Positions 13,559 to 24,278 of a stretch of DNA of 32,815 nt are shown one piece after another (positions within the stretch are counted from its first letter, which is position 1; every line of letters begins with the position of its first letter). The notes under the pieces are model-generated. The model saw only the letters and a list, made by a program, of their open reading frames with translations. It was not told where the DNA came from and did not search any database. Made by a program: the position numbers and the translations under genes. Source of the stretch: Octopus bimaculoides. Taxonomy: Eukaryota. The stretch is from the NCBI RefSeq assembly GCF_001194135.2, contig NC_068999.1, forward strand, positions 2,648,705-2,681,519, given 5' to 3'.

Positions 13559-13845
13559 TACGTGTATGGATATGTATATGCATGCGTGTGTTTGTGTGCG
13601 TGTGTGTATACGCGTGTGCATGTAGGCGCACGCGTGTGTATGCGCATGTGGGTGCATGCACGTGTGTGTTTATGCGCGTATGCGTGTATGCGCGCGTGTC
13701 TGTAAGCACGTGTGTGTGTGTATGCGCGAATGCGTATGTGCGCACGTGTGTATATCGCGTGCATGCGTATACGCGTGTGCATGTATGCTCGCGTGTGTGT
13801 GTGTATGTGCACCTGTGTATGTGTGTGCGTGCATGTGTGTGTATT
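13559..13845. repeat. Cryptic alternating purine-pyrimidine tract rich in CG
   Basis: Mostly RY alternation of GT, GC, AT and AC dinucleotides with no single fixed unit. Confidence 0.9.
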
Positions 13846-14642
13846 TTTGTATGCTTTCCGTGTATGATAACTGTTATAATTAAGCGCTTTTTAATTTTTA
13901 CTCAATATTACGTAAAAGCAGATTTATTATTTCTTGTCACGAAATATGTAATAACTTTAGTCGTGATATCATCAGTGCCATGCATTATCATGATATATAT
14001 ATATATGTGTGTGTATGTATGTATATTTAATATATAGAATGTATGTCTATGCTATGTAACAACATGGCACAGCGTTTGCATTATCGTGTAACCGTGTAAA
14101 CTTGTATTGAAATTGGCGTCGCTGTTGTTATGTATTTCATTGTTTGTGAAAGTGGGGCGGAGAGAATCGGGAAGATTGAAAAGGAGGCGAAGAAGGAAGC
14201 ATTTTAGGGACAACACCATCCGTATTTTTACCTTAATAAAGAATTGGATGCGGGGAGTTATTAATCAGTTTGAGAACCATTTGGCTATCACTCGACTTGC
14301 TAAAAATAACAGTTCATTATCCCTCAAATGATGCTATACTGTCTTAAATAAAGGACACATAGGGCAATGCAGTTTTAGATAGTCTTCTAAAAAGTCAGGG
14401 ATTGTCATGGCTAGATTGACCTCGATCGTCTTAATGTTGACCTCTCGATAAAAAAAAAAAAAAAAATAAAAGCGTCATTAACTTGTACCTATGTTCTCAT
14501 TCATACAGTTGTGAGTGTTGTAGATGACAAGATTTTGGCATCTGAGAACGCAATCCGGTTTCAATTCCCCGGTGAAATACTTTACTTCTCTTATTCCATT
14601 TATACTTCTGGTAAAGACATGCTTTTGGCTAGAGAGAAAAGT

Positions 14643-14770
14643 TATACATACATCCATACATACATGCGTACGTGCATACATACGTGCATACATACGTACG
14701 TACATACATACATTCATACATACATACGTATGTATATATCTATGTGTATGTATGTTTGTATGTATGTATG
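14643..14770. repeat. (CATA)n followed by (TATG)n tetranucleotide repeat (self-inverted)
   Basis: Direct reading. Confidence 0.9.
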
Positions 14771-15240
14771 TCATTATTCAGTTTAATTTCAAGATTTCTT
14801 GCCAATAGAGAAAGAGCCGGTTTCTAACCTAGATCCAAAGCTCCTTCCTTGGAATTTCTACATCAAACACAAGGTATGTATGTATTATGTATTTATGTAT
14901 GTGCAGGTTTGTATGTTTTATGTATGTATTCTCATGCATATAGTTGCATATCTAGACATGCTGATATGTATTTAAATGATAAACTTCTGGAAAGTTTTAC
15001 AGATTTTTACAGTTCCAGTGATGGATTGGATCTGTAGTCTTCGAATCAGCTTTTTCCTTTCTAGTTTTGAGAAGCCTAAATTCGTAAGATTGGTGTTTAG
15101 GCAGTGTGATCTGGTATGTATGTATGTATGTATGTATGTATGTATGTATGTGTATCATACAAGTATGTAGGAGTGTAGGCCAACAATATAGTACGCCATA
15201 ACTATCTTCCTATTGTATGTAACACGACAGAAGCATATTG

Positions 15241-15458
15241 ATTTCAAATTTTGGCACGAGGCCAGCAATTCCGAGGGAAGGGTTAGGTTAAGTCGTTTAC
15301 ATCGACCCCAGTGTTCAACTGGAACTCATTTTATCGACCCAGCAAAGATGAAAGGCAAAGTCGACCCCGGCGGAATTTGAATTCGGAACGCTCAAACGGA
15401 CGAAATACCGCTAAGCATTTTGCCCGACATACTAACGATTCTGCCAGCTCGCCGCCCA
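15241..15458 (-). mobile_element. tRNA-derived SINE, family B
   Basis: Reverse complement of the 9032-9252 family: GATGAAAGGCAAAGTCGACCCCGGCGGAATTTGAATTC...GATTCTGCCAGCTCGCCGCC. Confidence 0.9.
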
Positions 15459-15762
15459 AGTGACAGAAATATATTAAAATAACTGAAGACTGTAAAATCC
15501 AGGGAGCAACTTAGATTAGAAAACAAATAGTAGAACACGTTCTTTTGGCCGGCAGACACTGCAAGGGGACACTGACCAATTTTATGTATTAACACTAACT
15601 TGTCAATATTCTCATGTAACATATCAACAATAGACTCAGCCATTGTATTCTTTTCTGTCGTCTTTGACTCAAAACATCAAACCATCCAATCACTGGTGTC
15701 TTTTTATTTCTTCTCCAATTATGCTATCAGCTTTCTTGTTGCTGCTGCAACATTCATGATCG

Positions 15763-15809
<47 letters not shown>

Positions 15810-16199
15810 CCTATTCATGCACACACATGTTCTTCTATAAGTGTCTTGTATGCAATTATAACCGATAAACAGCGGCAAGAATTCATTGTGTTGAACATCA
15901 AATATTGAACGGTTCCAATTACGTCTGAAATACAATGGAGATGTTGCTTAGAATTCATATTTATATTATTGCAGACTAACTTACCATTTTTCTGCTTGAT
16001 AAATCGGTTTGATTCTTGGAGATATATGCAAGTATATTTTACAAGAATATTTTGTTTAGGTATTAAAGTAAAGTTTGACGAGACTTACCTTTGTATTGCA
16101 CCGTAGAACAAGAAGCAGAATTCCTGGTGAGTCTAGACTCTAGTTTTAATTCAATAAATTCGTTAATTACTATCCAATAAACCAAGGGTTGGCACAAAA

Positions 16200-16360
16200 C
16201 TTGTCACTTTTGAGTGACTTCTACGGCACACGATCGGTGGCACCTGCAATTCAAAGACACAGCCTTGTCAAATATTTTGTCACTGATTCTGGCCGAGAAT
16301 TATGCTAAGGCCAGATGTGTCTGTGTAATATAAAACTGCAGATAATTCAGCTGACCGAAC
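16200..16360 (+). promoter_or_regulatory. Candidate Arx proximal promoter
   Basis: TATAAAA at 16329-16335; E-boxes CACCTGC 16241, CAGATG 16312 and CAGCTG 16348; three TGTCA sites at 16202, 16266 and 16278. It lies in repeat-free sequence about 400 bp upstream of the CDS. Motif evidence only. Confidence 0.45.
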
Positions 16361-16471
16361 AACTGAATCTTCATCGCCGAAATCGACGGAAAACCACACA
16401 CGCAAATCATTTTCCAAGTAGAATTAATTCAATTCATTACGTCTAAGATGAAAAATCAAATGCTCCAAATT
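16360..16471 (+). other. Arx: Putative Arx first exon (start approximate), followed by a 131-bp intron 16472-16602
   Basis: Donor ATT|GTATGT at 16472 and acceptor TTTTATCATTTCAG| at 16602, both downstream of the TATA box. No transcript evidence. Confidence 0.4.
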
Positions 16472-16671
16472 GTATGTGTCTTTGGCATTTATCTGAAATT
16501 ACACCTAATTAATCCTGTTGTAATATATTCAAAGATTTCAGGTGAAAAGTAATGTTTTGAAAACATTCCCAGATTTTTATTTGTGTTATTTTATCATTTC
16601 AGGTCATCATTGTCCTTACTATAGAAACATTAATTCGCAACGGCAGCTTACAAAAATCAGTTTCTATGTGA

Positions 16672-17307
<636 letters not shown>

Positions 17308-17452
17308 TAAGGTCGATTCTATGTTTTAATTTTTATTTAATTATAACTTTCCTTTGTGTTATAACAACAAAGGCATAGAATATAACAATCAGAATTACAA
17401 AGCCTCAACATTTTCATCTCAAATGTTTTTTAACAGTCCTAATTAGGTAACG

Positions 17453-17496
<44 letters not shown>

Positions 17497-17510
17497 AGAG
17501 AGAGAGAGAT
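17453..17510. repeat. (GT)n(GA)n microsatellite
   Basis: Direct reading. Confidence 0.95.
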
Positions 17511-17649
17511 CGGGGAGAGAGGTGGGGATCCTTAAGTCCGGGAGTGACAATGAACTGTGTTCACCTTTGAACCCCTTTGAATATCGAAACCAAATCAGTT
17601 TAGGTATTGATATCATCTCAGGTAAAGACTTCCAAACAACTAATAAACT

Positions 17650-17962
17650 GTTCTATATTTAAGAGATGAGGAATTATTTACATTATTTACATTATCTACG
17701 GGCATATGGCGTAGTGGTGAAGAGCGCGGGCTACTAACCCCAAGGTTCCGAGTTCGATTCACGGCAGCGACCTGATTAATAATAATAACATAATAATAAT
17801 AATAATATAACAATAATAATAATAGTAACATCGATAGGAATGAGAACCCAGGTTCGAAATTTCCCCAAGACACCTGACGAAGGCTGGAGGGTATATCAGC
17901 CGAAACGTTGTGTTAACAACAAACAAGATGAGGACGAATATCCGTCAAATGTAGATAATGTA
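17650..17962 (+). mobile_element. Composite non-autonomous retroelement: tRNA-like head, (AAT)n, hammerhead-bearing Penelope-like tail
   Basis: A box TGGCGTAGTGG 17707-17717, B box GTTCGATTC 17752-17760, (AAT)n about 17777-17824 and hammerhead core 17874-17909. A 12-bp direct repeat AACTAATAAACT lies at 17638 and 17963, and a 14-bp inverted repeat at 17686-17699/17951-17964. Confidence 0.75.
17869..17914 (+). ncRNA. Minimal type I hammerhead ribozyme motif (Penelope-like element type)
   Basis: Stem I GACAC(17869-73)/GUGUU(17910-14); core CUGACGA 17874-80; extra A; stem II GGCUG/CAGCC with a 10-nt loop; GAAA 17902-05; loopless stem III ACGU; predicted cleavage after GUU at 17909. Confidence 0.75.
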
Positions 17963-18021
17963 AACTAATAAACTACTGAAATATTTCGGATTGTTTTTAA
18001 TAGAACATATCTGCTGTTATA

Positions 18022-18165
18022 NNNNNNNNNNNNNNNNNNNNNNNNNNNNNNNNNNNNNNNNNNNNNNNNNNNNNNNNNNNNNNNNNNNNNNNNNNNNNNN
18101 NNNNNNNNNNNNNNNNNNNNNNNNNNNNNNNNNNNNNNNNNNNNNNNNNNNNNNNNNNNNNNNNN
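18022..18165. other. Assembly gap
   Basis: N run. Confidence 0.99.
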
Positions 18166-18504
18166 CTCCCCCTCTCCCTCTCTCTCACACACACACACAC
18201 AGATCGGTTATTACTTTTAACCGTCATGTACCTGGTAAGAAAAATTATCGATGTTTAGATTCCATCTTACGTGAACCAATAATGTTGTCTTCGTATTGTT
18301 ACAATAACACAGTTATTAACGTAAGAGTACAGTTAAATATTAATAGAACAATACAGTTAATGCAGTAATACTTAACATTAAAATACAGAACAATTATGAG
18401 GCGAGATATTTCTTCAGTAAAGTCAATAGAACAGTGAACAAACGCCATTGTCCAGCACAATGGACACAACTACTCAGCGCTTTCAAACTGAGAACTAATT
18501 TAAT

Positions 18505-18593
18505 GGTAGAGACCAGTGACCAACGGTAGAGACCAGTGACCAACGGTAGAGACCAGTGACCAACGGTAGAGACCAGTGACCAACGGTACAGAC
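18505..18593. repeat. Minisatellite, 20-bp unit GGTAGAGACCAGTGACCAAC, about 4.5 copies
   Basis: Four perfect head-to-tail copies plus a partial copy. Confidence 0.97.
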
Positions 18594-19004
18594 GGGCTAA
18601 CAATACCATAGACCAATTAACAACATAACAGTAGTTTATTACAATGTACTAGTTAAATAATATGTACTAATTATCTGTCTCATTAATATTGCACCGTTGA
18701 TGTTGATTACCTTATTAACAAAGTAATTAGTGAGATAATTAACTCATTACAGCAGACTCTAGGGGAGGCCAAATACACAATCTGAACTCTTATGATACAG
18801 TGCATTTAACTCGGAGAATAGTCTATATGTAGCCCGCTACATGTAGAGCGTTCTATGTGTTACCCTACATGTAGCACATGAAATAAACTACATTTCCCAA
18901 TCACTCATCTTACGTAGAGGCAATATTTCACTGATGAGGTCAAATAAGATCGAAACATATCTGGACTGCCACACTCATTTTTAAATTTTGATTTATTTAG
19001 ATTT

Positions 19005-20180
19005 CATTAAGGATACGAAGACAGGGAAAACACCTGGAATAACTGTTGAGATGCTGAAAATATCTAGTGGAGTAGGACACGCGCTAGTAATTTGTGTAGT
19101 CAATCAAATTGTAAAACGCGGCGGTTTATATCTAATGTTAAAGAGACAATGAAAAGCTGGAGAAAGAAACAATTGCAGGGACATCAAACCGATGGATTAA
19201 GTTATGGAAATAACTAAAAGAATTAATAGAATTGTTTAGGGAGAGAATCCACTTAAACGAGATAAAGTTCAGTTCGTACGAGAATGGAGTAGCACCGACG
19301 CTTTCGTCTTAGTGTAATTGAGTGTAATATAAATTCTTAGCTATTACACCAAATAGTAAGTTAAAGAAAGCCTATGAAGTGGTACCACGCTCTGTAATTT
19401 GGTAATCTTTAAGAAAACTAGGCGTAGAATGATGCATTGTGAAAGCTTGCAAGTACAATGATGCTGTTAGCAAGCTGAGTGTTAGCGAGTTCAACGAAGG
19501 ATCCAGTTAGGTGCCCATCAGGGTTCGGTTGTCTCCCATTATTATCCTTAAAGCCGTAACAGAGGTGCAGGGAAGGAAAACTTCGTCTGTAACAGATGTA
19601 CAGGAATAGTAAGAGTAGAAATAGTTTGAAATACTCGAAAGAGTCCATTAGAAGTAAGTTGATAACTTGTGTTACGTAATTGGCAATGGAGGAGAATAAT
19701 CCGACTGTTTAGAAGCTAAAGAAAGGATGGGAGAAGTTCCGTAGCTATTATCTCTGACTGCAAGAAAATGATTCTCTGAGCGAGGTTTATGGCATGAGGC
19801 TTGTGTAGAATGTGCGATGTTGCGTGGTAGCAAAATATGGGTATTCGCTGGGTGTGGACTGTTAGTATATATAAATGACAGAGAACAAAAGAACTAACAG
19901 AAAAACTGGATACGAGAGGAATGAGTTGTTGCGTGAAAGAGAGAAGACTACACTGGTGCGGACACGTGATACGTACGGAAGATGACAGTTGAGTAAAGAA
20001 GTGCCAAAAGATCCAAATAGAAGGAATTCCGGAAGAGAATGACCAACGAAGACAAAGGGTGGATTGGGGAAGGATCTTAAGAGGTTGAAACCCACAAGGG
20101 ACCACAACAAGGGCGGGAAAGTGTACTGGAGAAATTTCACCCGACCTATGCAAACATGGAAAAACGGATGTAAAAAGATG
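19005..20180 (+). mobile_element. RTE-clade LINE, 5'-truncated, heavily decayed with internal deletions, 3' end present
   Basis: Broken-frame motifs AYEVVPRSVIW*SLRKLGVE, GAHQGSVVS and ERRLHWCGHVIR, plus an RTE-like 3' end CCTATGCAAACATGGAAAAACGGATGTAAAAAGATG. Confidence 0.85.
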
Positions 20181-20443
20181 AAATTTTTAAACTGTTAAAA
20201 TTATCAGAATGATCCTGCTGTAAAAGCGTTAAATTTTCTATAGAAAACTCCAGCAATGCTATTGTAACAACACCCACCCACTCCCACACACACGGTATGT
20301 GTTATTTATAGCTAAATGTTCCGTTTTCAATTACGTCTAGTAGTGTCGCCATAATATGGATCTTCAGGCAAACAAGAAACGATATATATTACTACACATT
20401 GCCTAAAGAGCCATATTACAGCGGAACTGATCATTGTACGTAT

Positions 20444-20475
<32 letters not shown>

Positions 20476-21972
20476 CGTATATGTATATGTCTACACATAT
20501 ATTCATTCGTTATCATCACCATCATCAAAAAGATATTTCTTCTCGTCCTCCTCGCATGTTTTGTCCAAGATTTTTTATTCTGCTGTGCTGGTAGTACAGA
20601 GTTCTCCAAATACAAAATATTGTTAACCAGAATAAGCAAGAAATAGTCGACCAGTTTCGGTATTCCCCACTGAAATTAATGCCAGCGTCTTAAGCTGCTC
20701 GCGGACCTCGCAGCCTATCAGCTACGCTACATGTTGCTCAATAATACGGCATATGCTGTGGGTGATTCTCAGGTGGAGTGGTACTGGAGGAGGAGAAGAA
20801 GAAGAAGAAGATTTGTAGAACATAAATTAGCGAACGAACTTGATTGATGCTCGAGAGAGAAAGAGAGAAAGTTGTAGCACTGACTGGAATGTGAGTGATG
20901 ACTTTGGCGGGGGTGGGGGAGGATGAGAGGTTGGGAGAAGAGAGAGAGAGAGAGATGAGACGGATCTAACTTGTAAATCAATTTATTTAATTTACATATG
21001 AAAGATCAATTATAAAATCAATTAAAAGCAGAAATCACCAAAAAATTTATCTACAGCTTCAGGAGAAAGGAATCAACGTTATTAAACTAATTATCTTGTC
21101 ATTAGTCATACTAATAAAATTGTTAGAACTAATCGGACAAAGCAGATGTTACTAATATGTTTTATTTTATAAATTAAAGCAAATTACTAATTTAATTATA
21201 TCAGAGCTACCAAATTAATTTGTTCATTATAAAAACAAAGCTAATCGTTACCACAATAATGTATTTTCTCACTTTTTTGACATTCCTATTGCTCTGAGGA
21301 ATTCAACACAAATATTATCTTCTCCACCCACCTACCCACCCCTATCTCTCTGTCTTTTACTCAACTCTTTTTGAAATAGAAACTCACCGAACACATGCGA
21401 CGGATCAGCAGTTAACACTCAAATATTCGAGATCGAATTCTCTAATGGCAAACCCAATGATTGGTAAACCTTAAGTTCTTAACACTCTACAGAATGCGTG
21501 GCTCGCTTTCACCTATCTTCAGCTGATACCACAACGTCTTCTGTTTCTGCCAACTTGAAACTTGGTCAAACATACTCCGCCTCCTAGACCTCATCTTATA
21601 AACAGCTAACTCAATCCTTTACTTAATACTTTCTCTCTAGAACATGATAGAAAAGCTGACTGCAAAATGTTATGAAGTCATAAAGAAACGATCACAATGT
21701 TTCTCGCTGTCCAGTCAAACAAAAGAGGATACATATACAGATATGGTAGAATTGGTGCTTTTCTTTTACCGCTGTTATGAAATATCGACAGAAAAGCGAT
21801 GAGACAAATGTCAATCATTTTTTGTGTATGCACGATCTCGAGCGGAAAGTTCGAGATTGATAAGCCCCCAGAAAACTTGCGAGCAGGCAGGATTCAGATT
21901 TCCTTGTGGAACTAATAGGAAATCTGGGTTCGAAACCAGCTTGAAAAGAGGAAGAACCATGAGCATTGCTAC

Positions 21973-22354
21973 GGCACTCCGTCGGTTACGACGACGAGGG
22001 CTCCAGTTGATCCAATCAACGGAACAGCCTGCTCGTGAAATTAACATGCAAGTGGCTAAGCACTCCGCAGACACGTGTACTCGTCACGTAGTTCTCGGGG
22101 AGATTCAGTGTGACACAGAGTGTGAGAAGGCTGGCCCTTTTGAAATACAGGTACAACAGAAACAGGGAGAAAGAGTGAGAGAAAGTTGTGGTGAAAGAGT
22201 AGAGCAGGGTTCGCCACCATCCCCTGCCGGAGCTTCGTGGAGCTTTAGGTGTTTTCGTTCAATAAACACTCACAGCCCCCGGTCTGGAAATCGAAACCGT
22301 GACCCTATGACCGTGAGTTCGCTGCCCTAACCACTGGGCCATTGCGCCTCCACA
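21973..22354 (-). mobile_element. tRNA-derived SINE, family A, full length
   Basis: Inverted homologue of 26218-26558. On the minus strand the head reads GGAGGCGCAATGGCCCAGTGGTTAGGGCAGCG...GGTTTCGATTTCC (A and B boxes). Confidence 0.93.
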
Positions 22355-22534
22355 TGAGCATTACTGATATAAGAACACTACTGTCATATTAAATCAAAGA
22401 GCAGAGTTAGAGCAAACGATCATGTAAAAATTAGTGAACCCAACCGTCTGCTATCGGAGACGTTTAAGGTTATTTCTTAAAGAGAGAAGAAAGAATAAGG
22501 CAAGCGGTGTCAGCAGCTGATCCAGTCATGACTT

Positions 22535-22737
22535 ACTCCTGTACTCTTCTACTTGTTTCAGTCATTTGACTGCGGCCATGCTAGAGCACCGCCTTTAGTC
22601 GAACAAATCGACCCCCAGGACTTATTCTTTGTAAGCCTAGTATTTATTCTATCGGATCTCTTGTGCCAAACCGCTAAGTTACGTATACGTAAACATACCA
22701 ACATCGATTATCAAGCGATGGTGGGGGGACAAACACC
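22535..22737 (-). mobile_element. SINE 3' portion, family C (tail ...GGCGGTGCTCTAGCATGGCCGCAGTCAAATGACTGAAACAAGTAGAAGAG)
   Basis: Distinct tail plus a degenerate family-B-like core (CCTAGTATTTATTCTATCGG). Resembles octopus SINE tails as I recall them. Confidence 0.65.
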
Positions 22738-22778
22738 CCCCCCCTTTCACTGGAATCACTAATAATAATAATAATAAT

Positions 22779-23140
22779 CCTTTCTACCAAAGGCACAGAG
22801 CCTGAAATTTAGTGGGAGGCNNNNNNNNNNNNNNNNNNNNNNNNNNNNNNNNNNNNNNNNNNNNNNNNNNNNNNNNNNNNNNNNNNNNNNNNNNNNNNNN
22901 NNNNNNNNNNNNNNNNNNNNNNNNNNNNNNNNNNNNNNNNNNNNNNNNNNNNNNNNNNNNGGGAGGCAATTAGTCGATTATATCGACCACAGTGTTTCAC
23001 TGGTACGTAATTTATCGACTCCCAAAAAGATGATAGGCAAAGTCGACCTCGGTGGAATTTAAACTCAGAACGTAAGGACGGACGAAATGCCGCTAAGCAT
23101 TTCGCCCGGCGTGTTAACTTTTCTGCCAGCTCACCGCCTT
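22779..23140 (-). mobile_element. tRNA-derived SINE, family B, interrupted by a 140-N gap (22821-22960)
   Basis: Reverse complement of family B. GGGAGGC is repeated on both sides of the gap, so the gap is probably an overlap artefact and the SINE is contiguous. Confidence 0.9.
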
Positions 23141-23192
23141 TATAATAATAATAATAATAATAATGATAATAATAATAATAATAATAATAATA
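23141..23192. repeat. (TAA)n microsatellite
   Basis: Direct reading. Confidence 0.97.
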
Positions 23193-23960
23193 GACAAGGA
23201 AGTTGCTGACTAGATATGGGATACTCCACCCAAAGAGTGACACAGACACACTGTATGTACCAAGAAAAAGAGGGGGAAGAGGACTGATTGGATGTGAACA
23301 CTGCATTAGAGCAGAAGAAAACAACATAGCGTGGTATGTAAAAAATGCCACAGAACCGCTATATTGGAAGTAAGGTCAGGTTTGTGTAGGATGGAAGATT
23401 ACAAAGATAAAGCACTGTACAAGGACTTGAGAACGAGTGAAACTGAAAATAGGTGGATAAAGAAAAAGAATGAATGGACAATTTCATAGGGATGTTGAGG
23501 ATAAGACAGAGAAAAAAGATGGCTATGGATGACTAAAAGTGATTTAAAACTGGAGACGGAGGCTCTAATCTATGCTGCCCACGAACATGCATTAAGAACC
23601 AATTATATCAAATACAGAATAGACAACACATCAGAAAGTGATAGGTGCAGAATTTGAGGACAAAATGGTTAAACCGTATGGCATATTACCAGTCAATGTA
23701 CGCCACTAGCCCAGAAAGAATATAAGAGACGTCATGACAATATAACAAGGATTGCCAATTGGACACTTTGCAACAAGTACGGACTTGACAGAGCAAAAAG
23801 TGGTACGAACATAGACCCGAAGGCATCATCGAAAATGATACTGCAAAGATCCTATGATTCAGTGCGACCATGAGACAGGGAATAGGAAACCAGACAGAGT
23901 TAACCGAGAAAGAAAGCGAACTATGCTGGATCATAAATATAGCATGTCCAGCTGACAAGG
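23193..23960 (+). mobile_element. R4/Dong-clade (restriction-like endonuclease) non-LTR retrotransposon, C-terminal fragment, decayed
   Basis: Translations RYGILHPKSDTDTLYVPRKRGGRGL, DRCRI*GQNG*TVWHITSQC (CCHC knuckle), KRRHDN, NRKPDR and INIACPAD (PD..D REL domain). Confidence 0.88.
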
Positions 23961-24232
23961 TGTGCGCGTGCGTGCGTGCGTGCATGCGTGAGAGAGAGAG
24001 AGAGAGAGAAAGATAGAGAATGTGTGTGTGAAATTTTTCAACGAAGTATATATTTCAGAGACAGCTATAACCTTATTGCTTAACTAAATTTTATGTGAAA
24101 GATGGGAATATAATTTCTTACAAATTTATCAGTTTCAACTAAATCGAAAGCTATTATTCTAATAAAAAATTATTATTATTATTATTATGATTATTATTAT
24201 TATATGTTAAATGAAAAATCCTTATTTTACAG

Positions 24233-24278
24233 AGAGGAGTTAGCTATGAGGATTGATTTAACGGAAGCACGAGTTCAA
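24233..24278 (+). CDS. Arx: Arx 46-nt homeobox micro-exon (helix 2 and turn; A-GAG GAG TTA GCT ATG AGG ATT GAT TTA ACG GAA GCA CGA GTT CAA = R/EELAMRIDLTEARVQ)
   Basis: Acceptor CTTATTTTACAG| at 24232 and donor CAA|GTGAGT at 24279. The phase matches the 17306 donor exactly (AG|A = Arg), and the peptide continues the ARX homeodomain. Confidence 0.97.

Noticed and set aside
1536-13883. Dozens of ORF-track entries with CV, HT, YI, RE or SL runs (also at 20399-20646, 26633-26982 and 32130-32640)
   Set aside because: They are translations of dinucleotide microsatellites and N gaps and show no protein-like complexity.
14643-14770. Cruciform from (CATA)n/(TATG)n
   Set aside because: It is an automatic consequence of adjacent complementary microsatellites, with nothing to suggest function.
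17700-17772. tRNA gene (also the heads at 9368, 22290-22354 and 26218)
   Set aside because: A and B boxes are present, but the acceptor and anticodon stems do not close properly (apparent anticodon ACT), and each head continues into a repeat body. These are SINE heads.
18505-18593. CRISPR-like array (also 27944-28023)
   Set aside because: The units are head-to-tail with no unique spacers, the context is eukaryotic, and there are no cas genes.
20905-20940. G-quadruplex
   Set aside because: Only three runs of three or more G, with a long last loop; at best a weak two-tier fold.
22821-22960. 140 bp of hidden sequence inside the SINE
   Set aside because: GGGAGGC is duplicated across the gap and the SINE consensus reads through, which indicates a scaffolding overlap rather than an insertion.
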